This document shows, piece after piece, positions 8,451 through 18,590 of a DNA stretch of 64,000 bases (position 1 is its first letter; each line of letters opens with the position of its first letter). The stretch lies in NCBI GenBank assembly GCA_029858305.1, contig JAOUFI010000001.1:179031-243030 (forward strand). The letters run 5' to 3'. The position numbers and the translations under genes were made by a program. The stretch is from Candidatus Thorarchaeota archaeon. Lineage in GTDB: Archaea; Asgardarchaeota; Thorarchaeia; Thorarchaeales; Thorarchaeaceae. The notes beneath the pieces were generated by a model. That model ran no database searches. It was not told where the DNA came from and saw only the letters and a program-made list of their open reading frames with translations.

Positions 8451-10145
8451 TCAAGGACAGATTCCAATGATGACTCCTTGATATGGCGCAAGATGAAGTT
8501 TGGATTCGTTGAGTGTGTCTGTATCACTTATGGTCGAGAATAGTAGTTTAGGATTCTTCCCAATTTCACTTACGTAACTTGGTTTTTTAGAGAAATTCAA
8601 CCAAATTTGTACTACTTGTTCATCGTATATTCGTTGGTAAGAGAGGAAGTTACCAAATAGAGATGGAGGTAATAGATTCAGTGATCCTGAATGAAGAGCT
8701 GGGGTTTCTTTACGGAGTTTCAGGAGAGCCTTGTAACAGTTCAATAGGGAATCTGGATTAGACTCTTCTGAGTCTACATTGATTGTTTCATATCCAAGAC
8801 TTACTGGGAGCCAGGAGATTGATTTGTCAGAACAAAAACCTGCATTTGGTGATGAAGTCCATTGCATTGGAGTTCTGCAATCATCACGATTCAGAGAGAT
8901 TGAACCACTTCGTGTTAGTAGATTAACAATAAATTGAGGAAGCCAGCTATACTTCAGAGCTACAGGATCTTGTGCGTTTCTTAAAGGGATTCTATGATTT
9001 GACATTCCAACCTCTTCACCATAATAGATGAAGGGAACTCCTCTTGCTGTTAGTTGCAACATCACGTTGATTTTTGCCTTGTTCACGTCATTCCCTAATT
9101 TACTAATACGACGCATTTGATCGTGGTTAGAGAATACCCAGGTCGGAGAGTAGGGCTCTATAAAGTATTGTTCATATCTACTGATTAAGTTACGAAACGT
9201 GTTTGCATCAAATCTTGCATTGAGAGATTGGAAGAGGAATGTCAAATGAAGTCCATTGGTCTTGATATCATCTATTTTTTCGCCACAATACCTCTTGAGC
9301 GTTTCAAGTGATGCTGCTATTTCGCCAACCAAGAACCTTTCGGGATCTGAATATTCATCCATCACACTTCGAAGTTCTTTCGCAAAGGCAAAATTGTCAG
9401 GATGATTGACAGTGTATAACTTATTCTGGAAGAAACTTTTGTCATGCTCCTCGGAAGGAAAGAATGTTAAGGCAAATGGATTATTTTGAAGACTCTCATC
9501 TTCAAACACCGTATTGATGATATCTAAACGAAACCCATCGACGCCCTTATCCAACCAAAAGCGAAGAGTATCAAACATCTCTTGCTTCACTTCAGTATTG
9601 CGATAGTTTAGATCTGGTTGAAAGGGAAGAAACTGAGCCCAGTACCATTGGTCAGTCTGTTCATCATAGTGCCATCCTGAACCTCCTACAATCGATTTCC
9701 AGTTGTTTGGAGGTTTCTTACCTCTTGGCTTTTGGCCATCACGCCAAATGTACCAATTGCGCTTCGGATTATCCATACTCGACCGTGATTGCAGGAACCA
9801 AGGGTGTTGATTGCTAGTATGATTGAGAACCATATCAAAAACCACATACATGTCGCGATTGTGAATTTCCTGTATGAGCCTTTCACAGTCACTCATGGTT
9901 CCATACTCAGAAGCAATACTTCTGTAGTCACTGACATCATACCCATGATCTGCTTGAGGACTCGAAAAGAATGGTGAGAACCAGATTGTTCCAACTCCCA
10001 AATCCTGTAGATAGTCTAGTTTTGAAATGATTCCTGGAATATCTCCAATTCCGTTGTTTGTACTATCCTTGAAACTTCGTGGATAAATCTGATATACTGT
10101 GGTCGTCTTCCACCAAGGTAGGAATTTAATAGAAGATGTCACCAC
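8451..10145 (-). CDS. GH13 alpha-glucosidase / oligo-1,6-glucosidase
   Basis: YQIYPRSF, DMVLNHTS, GFRLDII, SNHD, RDDCRTPMQW. Confidence 0.93.
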   Translation of the reverse strand: MVTSSIKFLPWWKTTTVYQIYPRSFKDSTNNGIGDIPGIISKLDYLQDLGVGTIWFSPFFSSPQADHGYDVSDYRSIASEYGTMSDCERLIQEIHNRDMYVVFDMVLNHTSNQHPWFLQSRSSMDNPKRNWYIWRDGQKPRGKKPPNNWKSIVGGSGWHYDEQTDQWYWAQFLPFQPDLNYRNTEVKQEMFDTLRFWLDKGVDGFRLDIINTVFEDESLQNNPFALTFFPSEEHDKSFFQNKLYTVNHPDNFAFAKELRSVMDEYSDPERFLVGEIAASLETLKRYCGEKIDDIKTNGLHLTFLFQSLNARFDANTFRNLISRYEQYFIEPYSPTWVFSNHDQMRRISKLGNDVNKAKINVMLQLTARGVPFIYYGEEVGMSNHRIPLRNAQDPVALKYSWLPQFIVNLLTRSGSISLNRDDCRTPMQWTSSPNAGFCSDKSISWLPVSLGYETINVDSEESNPDSLLNCYKALLKLRKETPALHSGSLNLLPPSLFGNFLSYQRIYDEQVVQIWLNFSKKPSYVSEIGKNPKLLFSTISDTDTLNESKLHLAPYQGVIIGICP

Positions 10146-10270
10146 GGAAGATACCTCATATGATTTAAATTACAACTGCCTCATTTCTCTTCTTATTTCG
10201 TTATTGATTAGCAGCACACCCAAGCATGAATAAGGTCATAATGGATATACAATTGTTGAAGGTGAGTAAC

Positions 10271-10513
10271 ATGAGCTTGCTAGGACCAGATGATTTCGAC
10301 CTTGATGAAAAAGGAAGAAAAAAGAAACTTGCACATGATCTCTCTCCGGATGTAGCTAAAGAGATTGAAAAATGGCTTGAGAAAATCGATACTCCTCTCG
10401 CATTTGAGAAAATTGCGGAACTGATAGGACCGGAAGAGGCTAAGAGGCTGATTGGAGAGCGTACAAGACACGGGAGAAGAATAAAACCGGGAGACCCTTG
10501 GGCTCTAGAATGA
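10271..10513 (+). CDS. Hypothetical small charged protein
   Basis: GGTGAG SD before ATG 10271; protein-like composition, no recognised motif. Confidence 0.6.
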   Translation: MSLLGPDDFDLDEKGRKKKLAHDLSPDVAKEIEKWLEKIDTPLAFEKIAELIGPEEAKRLIGERTRHGRRIKPGDPWALE

Positions 10514-10646
10514 AAGGAGAATAATATGACACGTGATTGATGATACAAAGTATGGGAGAACACCTCGCACTTATATCAGGGTGACTAATATAGAGAGAGG
10601 AACAATTAGGCAGAGCCACACAAGTGTAGTAGATTCACCGATATGA

Positions 10647-10925
10647 TCAATCTTTCTTGTTTTCCCAGAAGACTTTGGCCTCTTCTTCAAGCTTGTCGAG
10701 ACGATCATAATAATCAGGAAATTCATTGAGGTGAGCAAACGCAATCTTTCCTGTCGTTAGAGAATCATCATTCGTAACATTGGTAACTCTGTTGCGTTTA
10801 CCATGCTCGAGTTCAACATCCATCCCCTTTCTAAGTTGCTCAACATCAAATCTATCCCATTTTATACCGAGCTTTTCACCTATAATTTTGGCTTCTGCTA
10901 TTGTGAAGGATTTCTTTGAAGGCAT
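10647..10925 (-). CDS. DUF5661-family protein
   Basis: GMDVELEHG...TGKIAFAHLNEFPDYYDRL. Confidence 0.8.
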   Translation of the reverse strand: MPSKKSFTIAEAKIIGEKLGIKWDRFDVEQLRKGMDVELEHGKRNRVTNVTNDDSLTTGKIAFAHLNEFPDYYDRLDKLEEEAKVFWENKKD

Positions 10926-10995
10926 ACACGAATCGCGTACAAACTGGGCTTTAGCATTTTGGAGTAAGAATATCATAGGAAATGTGAAGAAAAAG

Positions 10996-11017
10996 TGGAT
11001 TCCCAGGCGAGATTTGA
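10996..11017 (-). repeat. Degenerate direct repeat of tRNA-Thr 3' end (att-like)
   Basis: TCAAATCTCGCCTGGGAATCCA vs spliced tRNA-Thr TCAAATCTCGCCTGGGGCTCCA (20/22). Confidence 0.8.
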
Positions 11018-11118
11018 TAGGAGGACTTTCGCGTTCTAATATAATTTCTTGCGTTGTGCGAAATCAGCAATAAGCAGCAATCAGGTTTCGGAACTATTGA
11101 TTAAAAGAGGAAAGAAGA

Positions 11119-11433
11119 ATGAGAACGAATTTAAAAATCACAGTTGTGAAAACATTCACTCCTGAGGATGTATTTGGTCCAAATCACGGTATTACAAGAA
11201 ATGGTCAACCATTTATTCCATGTGATCATAAGGAGGGCGAAGAGTTTATTGTAAACAATCAATATGAGAAACCAGAGGGATTCTGTGAGCGAGCTTGGCA
11301 GGATCTCTATTCAACAATAATGGTCTATTATCATGGTGGGGACTATAGATTTCCCTCGCCTGGAGCAACATACCAGCCATGCGGGGACGGAGTAAACCCT
11401 GTTGTCTTCAAGATAGAGAAGCTGGAAGATTGA
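11119..11433 (+). CDS. TIGR04076-family protein
   Basis: KITVVK...PC...EGEEF...PEGFCERAW...CGDGVNPVVFKIEK. Confidence 0.85.
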   Translation: MRTNLKITVVKTFTPEDVFGPNHGITRNGQPFIPCDHKEGEEFIVNNQYEKPEGFCERAWQDLYSTIMVYYHGGDYRFPSPGATYQPCGDGVNPVVFKIEKLED

Positions 11434-11439
11434 AAGAAG

Positions 11440-11547
11440 TGGAGCCCCAGGCGAGATTTGTTCCACGTTGAGAGAATCTCAGCGTGTTTGAACTCGCGGC
11501 CTCCTCCTTACCAAGGAGGCGATCTAACCGGTCTAAGCTACTGGGGC
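11440..11547 (-). tRNA. tRNA-Thr(GGT) with a 30-nt T-loop intron (58/59; 11458..11487)
   Basis: GCCCCAG/CTGGGGC acceptor, CCTCC-TTGGTAA-GGAGG arm, BHB GTTC-AAA...GAAC-AAA, CCA encoded. Confidence 0.92.
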
Positions 11548-11637
11548 TTTTCTATGACATCCACAAAAAGAGGTGTCATTCGGATTTCGCTTGAGGAGTA
11601 GAGATAAAGATTTCGTCTATGTCAAATTTGGAAAATA

Positions 11638-12252
11638 CTAACGCCACTGAATCTTGGCTAGAAGCGGTGTCAGCGCCCGAGTGGCCTTGGCTCCCTTGAA
11701 TCTAGCTATTGCAGTGAGAGGCACTTCTGAATCCAAGCCCAGCTGCATAAGACTCGGGCAATCGAACAGACCAGATATATCCAAAGAGACCAGTTCGTTC
11801 TTAGTAAGGGTCAGGTTCCGTAGTTTCTTACATTTTTTAAGAGCTGAGAGATCTATACTCTCAAGTTTATTTTCATAGAGGTGGAGAGCTTTCAAACTCT
11901 TGCAACCTCCAAGGGGAGTAAGATCAAGAGTTCTGAGATTATTGAATGAGAGATCCAAATGCATCAGGTTGGTGCATCCTTCCAAAGGGGAGAGGTCAAT
12001 GACTTCGAGCTCATTGCTCCCGAGGTTGAGTTCTAGTAGATTGCCATTGCCGTGAAGGACTGAGAGGTCAAGGCTTTGAATCTCATTTCCGGAGAGTGTC
12101 AATACTTCAAGATTTGGAAATTGGGCAAGTGGAGTGAGATCAATTGAGCCGATTCTCTTATCGCCGAGATTGATTGATGTTGTGTTTGAGTCAAACCGTT
12201 CTACTACTTTTCCACCTTTCTTTGTTTCACTCCAGATGGTGATTTCTTCCAT
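11638..12252 (-). CDS. Leucine-rich repeat protein
   Basis: About six 22-aa LxxLxLxxNxLxxLDLxPL repeats. Confidence 0.9.
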   Translation of the reverse strand: MEEITIWSETKKGGKVVERFDSNTTSINLGDKRIGSIDLTPLAQFPNLEVLTLSGNEIQSLDLSVLHGNGNLLELNLGSNELEVIDLSPLEGCTNLMHLDLSFNNLRTLDLTPLGGCKSLKALHLYENKLESIDLSALKKCKKLRNLTLTKNELVSLDISGLFDCPSLMQLGLDSEVPLTAIARFKGAKATRALTPLLAKIQWR

Positions 12253-12418
12253 TTATGATACATCCATGTATCCTGCGCACCCGCTGCTTAATAATTTGGT
12301 AGGGTCTGAAACACAAGGATTTTCAAAAATTCTAGAGGATTATATTGATATTGTTGATTCAAGTCTGATTTTGTTGCGGCGGTATTGAAGAATCGACTCA
12401 ATGCCAAGGTGGTTGAAA

Positions 12419-13372
12419 ATGCATCATAGTGTGAATCAAGGATCGCTTGAGATTGTCAAAGAGATTCTTGATAGGAAAAACGAACTCATCTGTAGTGTGA
12501 AGGAGATGAAATCAGGAACAACGCTCATCGATGCAGGTATCCAGTGCAAAGGGAGCGTGGAACTTGGTAGACTTATCGGAGAAACTTGCCTTGGCGGATT
12601 GGGGGTGGTCAGAATAACGAGGATGATTATTGGTGATTTGGACTTACCTGCAGTCATAGTCAGTGTGGAACGTCCAAAGATTGGAACGCTTGCGTCGCAA
12701 TATGCTGGCTGGAGCATAAGAATAGGTGGAAATTATGCTCTGGGTTCAGGTCCAGCTAGAGCCTTGGCGAGAGTGGAAAAGAGCCTTTACGAAGAAATAG
12801 GCTATCAAGATACATCAAAAAAGAGCGTGATTATACTCGAAACTAGAGAGATGCCTACTGAAGAGGTGGTAGAGCACATTGCAAAAAAATGCGGAATTAC
12901 TTCATCCAATCTGTATTGTATCGTAGTACCAACCGCGAGCATAGCTGGTTCAGTTCAAATATCCTCTAGAATAGTTGGAGTAGGACTTCACAAGCTTCGA
13001 CATATTGGATTTGACCTAGAAAGAATAAGAAGAGGTCATGGGGTGGCTCCAATTGCACCGGTGGAAAAGCACGATAATAAGGCGATGGGAGTTACCAATG
13101 ATTGCATACGCTACGGCGGGAGAACCTTTTATCATATAAGCACAGATAGTGATGATTTGCAAGATATTGTAGAGAGAGTTCCAGCATCCACTTCAACCCA
13201 TTACGAACAATCCTTCAATGACTTGTTCAAGAATGCCAGCTTTGATTTCTATAAATTAGACCCACTAATCTTCGGTCCTGCCGAGGTTACATTTAATCAC
13301 ATCGAGAGTGGAAAAATATACCAGGCCGGAGGAGTGAATCCCGACATTCTTCGACACTCTTTTGGCATATGA
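12419..13372 (+). CDS. mch: Methenyltetrahydromethanopterin cyclohydrolase homologue
   Basis: ASQYAGW, GSGPARAL, PTASIAGSVQIS, TND, FDFYKLDP-IFGPAEV. Confidence 0.88.
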   Translation: MHHSVNQGSLEIVKEILDRKNELICSVKEMKSGTTLIDAGIQCKGSVELGRLIGETCLGGLGVVRITRMIIGDLDLPAVIVSVERPKIGTLASQYAGWSIRIGGNYALGSGPARALARVEKSLYEEIGYQDTSKKSVIILETREMPTEEVVEHIAKKCGITSSNLYCIVVPTASIAGSVQISSRIVGVGLHKLRHIGFDLERIRRGHGVAPIAPVEKHDNKAMGVTNDCIRYGGRTFYHISTDSDDLQDIVERVPASTSTHYEQSFNDLFKNASFDFYKLDPLIFGPAEVTFNHIESGKIYQAGGVNPDILRHSFGI

Positions 13373-13381
13373 ATTGGAACA

Positions 13382-14902
13382 CTACGTAACATCCATCTTC
13401 TCAACCTCTTCACTCTCTTTCTTATCTGCCTCAATTACAACTTCAGCCACTGGAATAGGATTCTTGAAAGCTTCTCGTATCATCATTGTTGCTGCAAGGG
13501 AGATGATTGCACAGAGTAGTAGAGTCAGTGTAAACCCTCCAGACTGAGGGAGCAACCAACCAAAGAAAGCAATGAGAGGCATTGAAACCACCATTACTAG
13601 AGTGGGCTGTAAGGAATACATTGAGTTTCGAATTCGATTAGGTACTACATCAAGCATGACTCTCTGGGTGAGAATATCTGCTATTGCACCAAACATATTC
13701 AGAGCAACGAAGAGTATGAAAATGAGTGCCACGGGAATAATTGTCTGAACAGGGATTTCTATCAAAGGCAGACTCGTAAATGGAATGAAGACGCTAATGA
13801 ATTCTGTAGTTTCTGGATCAGCCCCGGGAAAAATATACACAATCGCAGCAAGAACAAGATAGAAGATGACACCAGTAAACTGAAGCAGCCTAAATCGCGG
13901 AATCCATTTCTTCGGATCGAACCGTTTTGCGATTACACCACTTCTCTCGTTTGCAAGAGCCTGTGGTAGAAAGACAAGTGTACGAAATGCAGAAACTGCT
14001 ACCATTGTGACAAGATAGCTGAAGTAGAGCGGGAATAAAATCAGGTTCCACCAAACTGGTCCTGTGCTCCACAACACCACACCACCAAGAATTAGATAGG
14101 TGACAAATCGACTTGACCACAGAAACCTGAACCCGTCTTTAAGCAGAGACCCATACTCTGCAATAGTTGGACGTTTTTCTTGCTCCTTCCGGACTCCAGG
14201 CAGGTCTCTGATTAATCTGAACACTACTAATGCAAGAAGAATAGCAAAAACTGCTTGGAGATTGAAGACCCACTGTTCACCATAGAACCATGCAAGCCAT
14301 GAACCAGGAAGGAGAACAAGTGTTGATGATACCTGCCAGACCATGCCCATCCGACCCCAAAACACGCCGTACATCTTTCGGTCCTTATCCTGAGGCATTG
14401 CTACTCTATAGTTGTTATCAAACCAAGCATTGAACGCGCCACTCTCCTGTGAGGATCCTAGACCAAACAGGAAATAGATTATCACATAGAGGTAGAAAGG
14501 CGCAGGTGTATCTTTGACAATCTGAGCAGAGAGCCAGAACGCTGCGGCATAGCATAGAAGAGCTGAGGATATCACATATCTTTGCCCAATCCAATCACCT
14601 AACACGCCTGTAGGATAATCAAGGACAGTCTGCACTGCCATTTGAATGACAACAAGGATTCCAACAAGCGTGAGCCCGGCAAAGTAGTCACCATTACCAA
14701 GAGACTCTGCAATGAAGATCATCCAGAATGTGGTGCTTATTTGAAAGCTTGCTGCAAAGGAGGGAAGTAAGACTGATAGAATCTTCACTAATCGAGCAGC
14801 ATCGGATGTGGCTCCTTCTAGACCAAACATGCGAGCGTATCGGCTTGATACTATCTCAGGTTGTTCAATCTCAGATTCTACAGTCATAGGCATCGTCAGC
14901 AC
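13382..14902 (-). CDS. MFS transporter
   Basis: DYPTGVLGDWIGQR motif A, SGAFNAW, about 12 hydrophobic segments. Confidence 0.88.
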   Translation of the reverse strand: MLTMPMTVESEIEQPEIVSSRYARMFGLEGATSDAARLVKILSVLLPSFAASFQISTTFWMIFIAESLGNGDYFAGLTLVGILVVIQMAVQTVLDYPTGVLGDWIGQRYVISSALLCYAAAFWLSAQIVKDTPAPFYLYVIIYFLFGLGSSQESGAFNAWFDNNYRVAMPQDKDRKMYGVFWGRMGMVWQVSSTLVLLPGSWLAWFYGEQWVFNLQAVFAILLALVVFRLIRDLPGVRKEQEKRPTIAEYGSLLKDGFRFLWSSRFVTYLILGGVVLWSTGPVWWNLILFPLYFSYLVTMVAVSAFRTLVFLPQALANERSGVIAKRFDPKKWIPRFRLLQFTGVIFYLVLAAIVYIFPGADPETTEFISVFIPFTSLPLIEIPVQTIIPVALIFILFVALNMFGAIADILTQRVMLDVVPNRIRNSMYSLQPTLVMVVSMPLIAFFGWLLPQSGGFTLTLLLCAIISLAATMMIREAFKNPIPVAEVVIEADKKESEEVEKMDVT

Positions 14903-14983
14903 TTATTCCATATATGGCTTAATACTTGGGCAGTAAACAAGTCTTTTATCAAGTAATCTCTCAACAATCAAGAGCGGTGCAAT

Positions 14984-15265
14984 ATGACAAGAATCACTGT
15001 TCGTTTTCGGGGACCCATTGCAGGACGCATCACAGGGGGTGGTGTGGAGGTTGAGCTTCAAAAAAGCACTACCATAGGTGAACTACTAAACCAAGTGATG
15101 AAGCAAGTACCATACCTCCAAACTATATGGAACAGTCCTACTGAGATTGACCGAGACTCTATGATACTGTGTAATGAAGTAGATATAGGAATAGGAGGCG
15201 GGCTCAGTTCAATAGTAAATGATGGAGATGTCCTTACCATTTTGCCTCTTGTTCATGGCGGTTAG
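14984..15265 (+). CDS. MoaD/SAMP/Urm1-like ubiquitin-fold sulfur carrier
   Basis: beta-grasp pattern, DGDVLTILPLVHGG C-terminal diglycine. Confidence 0.88.
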   Translation: MTRITVRFRGPIAGRITGGGVEVELQKSTTIGELLNQVMKQVPYLQTIWNSPTEIDRDSMILCNEVDIGIGGGLSSIVNDGDVLTILPLVHGG

Positions 15266-15786
15266 ATGAACCTCTCGCCTGCATGAATTGCTTCAGTGTT
15301 GACTTTAAGAGCCTTCGGAGGAACAAATTCAACGAGTGTCTTTTCCAGAACATCAATCGGGAACAAATCTGCCTTCTTTACAAGAGCTCCGAGCATTACC
15401 ATGTTTGCCACGAGCCGAAGACCAAGTTCATCAGCAGATCTCATGGCGGGAATCTCTATGACCTCAAACCCTTCTATTTTGTTGGTTTTCACTAAATCTG
15501 GATCAGCAAGAACAATACTTCCCTTCTTTGCACCACCAATGTAGAGATCTAGAGCCTTCTGAGACATGGCAACAAAGTAGTCAGATTGGCGTACCTTTGG
15601 ATAATGAATCGGTTGATCACTAATTATTACTTCGCTTTTTGCAGCTGTTCCACGGGCTTCAGGACCGTAACTTTGGCTCTGCACAGCCTTGAGATTTCCA
15701 TAGACAACAGCTGCATGCCCGAGAATTACACCTGCAAGGACCACTCCCATTCCTCCGGTGCCAGCAATCCGAATCTCTGTTCTCAT
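15262..15786 (-). CDS. korC: 2-oxoacid:ferredoxin oxidoreductase gamma subunit
   Basis: IAGTGGMGVV, QSYGPEARG, NMVMLGA. Confidence 0.9.
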   Translation of the reverse strand: MRTEIRIAGTGGMGVVLAGVILGHAAVVYGNLKAVQSQSYGPEARGTAAKSEVIISDQPIHYPKVRQSDYFVAMSQKALDLYIGGAKKGSIVLADPDLVKTNKIEGFEVIEIPAMRSADELGLRLVANMVMLGALVKKADLFPIDVLEKTLVEFVPPKALKVNTEAIHAGERFI

Positions 15787-15792
15787 CGGAGC

Positions 15793-16623
15793 CTATTCCT
15801 CCAGATTTGCATAGATTGCTCTCATTGAGTCAATGAACTCTATCTCATCTCGGTCTGCAAAAACTCCAAGGTCGATACCATCTCTTGTTGGAATTTTTAG
15901 GTCAACAGGAGCGTCTTTCTTACGTACAGGATATTTCTTGAACCAAGCAATCATTTCTTCAGGAGTACTAGTGCCAGTCTTCCGACCATAAGATGTTGGG
16001 CATTGTGAGATGATTTCAACAAAGGTGAATCCTTTTTTCTCAAGTGCTGTTCTGATTGCACGTGCTGCTTGAACGGGATGAGCTGTCGTCCATCTGGCAA
16101 CATAATTAGCTCCAGCCGCAGCAACCAGACGCGAGATGTCGAATGGACGCTCCGGATTGCCGTAAGGAGATGTGCTAGTCCGGTCTCCTGTGAAGGTTGT
16201 AGGACCCACTTGGCCCCCTGTCATACCATAGATGTAGTTGTTCACGCAAATCACAGTCATATCGATGTTCCGTCGGGCAGCATGGATGAGGTGATTTCCA
16301 CCGATAGCAGCCAAGTCGCCATCCCCGCTAATCACGACCACTTTGAGTTCTGGATTAGCCAGCTTCAATCCTGTGGCAAACGCAATAGCTCTTCCATGAG
16401 TTGTGTGAAGTGTATCTGCTTTGAAATAGGGTGATGTGATCCAAGAACTGCAACCAATTCCTGAAACAAATGTAAACTTGCTAAGATCCTCATGACCTAA
16501 ATCTTTCACTGCTTTAATGAAAGAGTTGGTGACCTCTCCAGCTCCGCACCCGCTACAAAAAGTACTTGGCAGGCTCTCTTGACGTAAGTACTGCAGCGCA
16601 AAGTGTTTTGAAGTTGATGTCAA
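15793..16623 (-). CDS. korB: 2-oxoacid:ferredoxin oxidoreductase beta subunit
   Basis: FCSGCG, SGIGC, HGRA, GDGD...N TPP motif, YGMTGGQ, QCPT. Confidence 0.93.
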   Translation of the reverse strand: MTSTSKHFALQYLRQESLPSTFCSGCGAGEVTNSFIKAVKDLGHEDLSKFTFVSGIGCSSWITSPYFKADTLHTTHGRAIAFATGLKLANPELKVVVISGDGDLAAIGGNHLIHAARRNIDMTVICVNNYIYGMTGGQVGPTTFTGDRTSTSPYGNPERPFDISRLVAAAGANYVARWTTAHPVQAARAIRTALEKKGFTFVEIISQCPTSYGRKTGTSTPEEMIAWFKKYPVRKKDAPVDLKIPTRDGIDLGVFADRDEIEFIDSMRAIYANLEE

Positions 16624-16730
16624 CACATTCACCTATGTCCACTGAGATAGCGGCCTGCAGAGCCTAATAATCCATTCTCTATAGACCTTAGCTATCTCGC
16701 GCGATCATGAGTGTCCGATTCTTTCTAATT

Positions 16731-17417
16731 TCAAAAAACTGCTGTTAGTTGTGGGGCTTCTTCCGCTTTGATCTTTCTTTCCCTATGATACCAAGGATTA
16801 GTCAGCGCTAATGCACCTACGACCATGGAAATAGTGAGAAGAACGTCAGGGATGTAGAAAAAGGGAGTAGAGATGAGCGGGACTCGCATAACTTGGCTGG
16901 CCATTCCAAACAAGACAGAGATGATCATTAGATCACTTCTTACCTCTCTTAGACGTCCGGTTCTCCATGTTACTACGAAAGTGAACACCATCATGATGCC
17001 AAGGCCTATAATCACGGGAATGGTCATTATCATAACGAATTGCTCAGTGACTCCAAAGAGTGCAATTGACACCCAATAAATCAGAAGTATGTACACGAGA
17101 CGATTATGATATTTCTGAATCGAAGGAGCCCATATTTGAAGGAGTGCTCCTAGAACTGGAACTGTTGCACCACTGATGATGACTGATCGAAGACGGAAGA
17201 GCTCCATTGATGGCGCAAGTACTCCGAGATTCGGAAGGGTCAGTATAATCATGTTGAGCGTCTGACTCACAAAAGATATCGCGAAGACTAGAGGCAAGTC
17301 TGTAAGAAGGCGTACTTCTTGGCGATACCATTGCCTTCCAAGATATACACTGATTACTCCAGAGAATAAAATCGTCGCAATACTTGAAACTAATACTAAT
17401 TCAGCGCCTGCTTGCAT
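16731..17417 (-). CDS. Multi-pass membrane protein (6-7 TM), unknown function
   Basis: Alternating hydrophobic segments; directly downstream of CPBP gene. Confidence 0.75.
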   Translation of the reverse strand: MQAGAELVLVSSIATILFSGVISVYLGRQWYRQEVRLLTDLPLVFAISFVSQTLNMIILTLPNLGVLAPSMELFRLRSVIISGATVPVLGALLQIWAPSIQKYHNRLVYILLIYWVSIALFGVTEQFVMIMTIPVIIGLGIMMVFTFVVTWRTGRLREVRSDLMIISVLFGMASQVMRVPLISTPFFYIPDVLLTISMVVGALALTNPWYHRERKIKAEEAPQLTAVF

Positions 17418-17420
17418 TTT

Positions 17421-18380
17421 CTATACCTCATTATTCATTCTATTAACTGAAATACCATCTTCTGTTTCCGCTATGTTCACATGACCAATTAGTTTCTGCC
17501 AACGGTCGGTTACCTGTTCAATCTTGTATTTCCAAAGGAATAATCCCAGTGGGACAAAAATAAGGAAGAACATCAGTAATGTAGTGATCATTAATTCGCC
17601 ATTTGAAAAGGCCAAGTCTGGACCTTGAATCACTGGTTCTGGACCAATCTTGAAGTTCTCGCTGGAAAAATTGATGATCGTGTGAATTGTTATTGGGCCA
17701 ATCAGAGAACTTGCAGAACTAAACCGCTCATAATAGATACCAAAGAACATCCCAAGCAGCATTGTAAAGAACACCATAGAAGCTACTTGACCAAGAACAT
17801 CTGTGCCACCATTGATAATTGGCCATCCAGCATGCCAGAAACCGAAGATGGTGGCAGATAGCACGATTGAAGCAATTGGAGCCATTCTTGTCTTGAATGC
17901 GTTTAGGAGAAGACCGCGGAACAAGGTTTCTTCAAGAAAGGCGTTTGTCAAGAAGAAGAGGAATGTGTACCCAAGAAGTTCCTGATTCAGAATGTGGAGT
18001 TCCAGGGGGTAGGTCGAGTCAAGGAAGAGTGCGTATACAATCGACCCACCAAAATCGATACCAACAGCGAATATTATCCCTATTAGAAGACCCACAACAA
18101 ATTGGGATTGTATTCTATCTCGAGATAGACCAAGCACTGACTCGATTTCTGTTGGACGATATTTCAAGAAGATAATTAAGATTATCAAAAACGGGAACAA
18201 TTTTGAAGGGAAAATATTCACCCAAGTGTCCCCAAGACCCAATACAAATTGATCAATAATTCTCCAGATAACTGCTATTAGTAGCATTATTCCACCTAAT
18301 TTGATAAGGCCGATTGATGCAGAAGGTGATACTTCCTGTTTGGTTGGTTCAATTAGTTCTTGGGTCTGTGTTGTTGCCAT
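17421..18380 (-). CDS. CPBP (CAAX/Rce1-like) intramembrane protease
   Basis: EETLFRG, FGFWH, HTIIN motifs. Confidence 0.9.
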   Translation of the reverse strand: MATTQTQELIEPTKQEVSPSASIGLIKLGGIMLLIAVIWRIIDQFVLGLGDTWVNIFPSKLFPFLIILIIFLKYRPTEIESVLGLSRDRIQSQFVVGLLIGIIFAVGIDFGGSIVYALFLDSTYPLELHILNQELLGYTFLFFLTNAFLEETLFRGLLLNAFKTRMAPIASIVLSATIFGFWHAGWPIINGGTDVLGQVASMVFFTMLLGMFFGIYYERFSSASSLIGPITIHTIINFSSENFKIGPEPVIQGPDLAFSNGELMITTLLMFFLIFVPLGLFLWKYKIEQVTDRWQKLIGHVNIAETEDGISVNRMNNEV

Positions 18381-18590
18381 TAAAAAGACCTCTACACTTC
18401 AATGGGTCTACATGTCATGATTGTCCATACAATTTAAGCACCGATATACTCGACCTCCAAATGATACGCATTCATTCGTCATACTAGATTGTTCTCTTGT
18501 GTTTTGGCGGATTCAGACTCTATCAGCAATTTTAAAACAGCAAACCCGCAGCCCTCAATTCCAAAGCTACTGCTTTAGTGGTGAAACTGA

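Noticed and set aside
16731-17417. Possible rhodopsin (last helix FYIPDVLLT)
   Set aside because: No retinal-binding Lys in the DxxxK position
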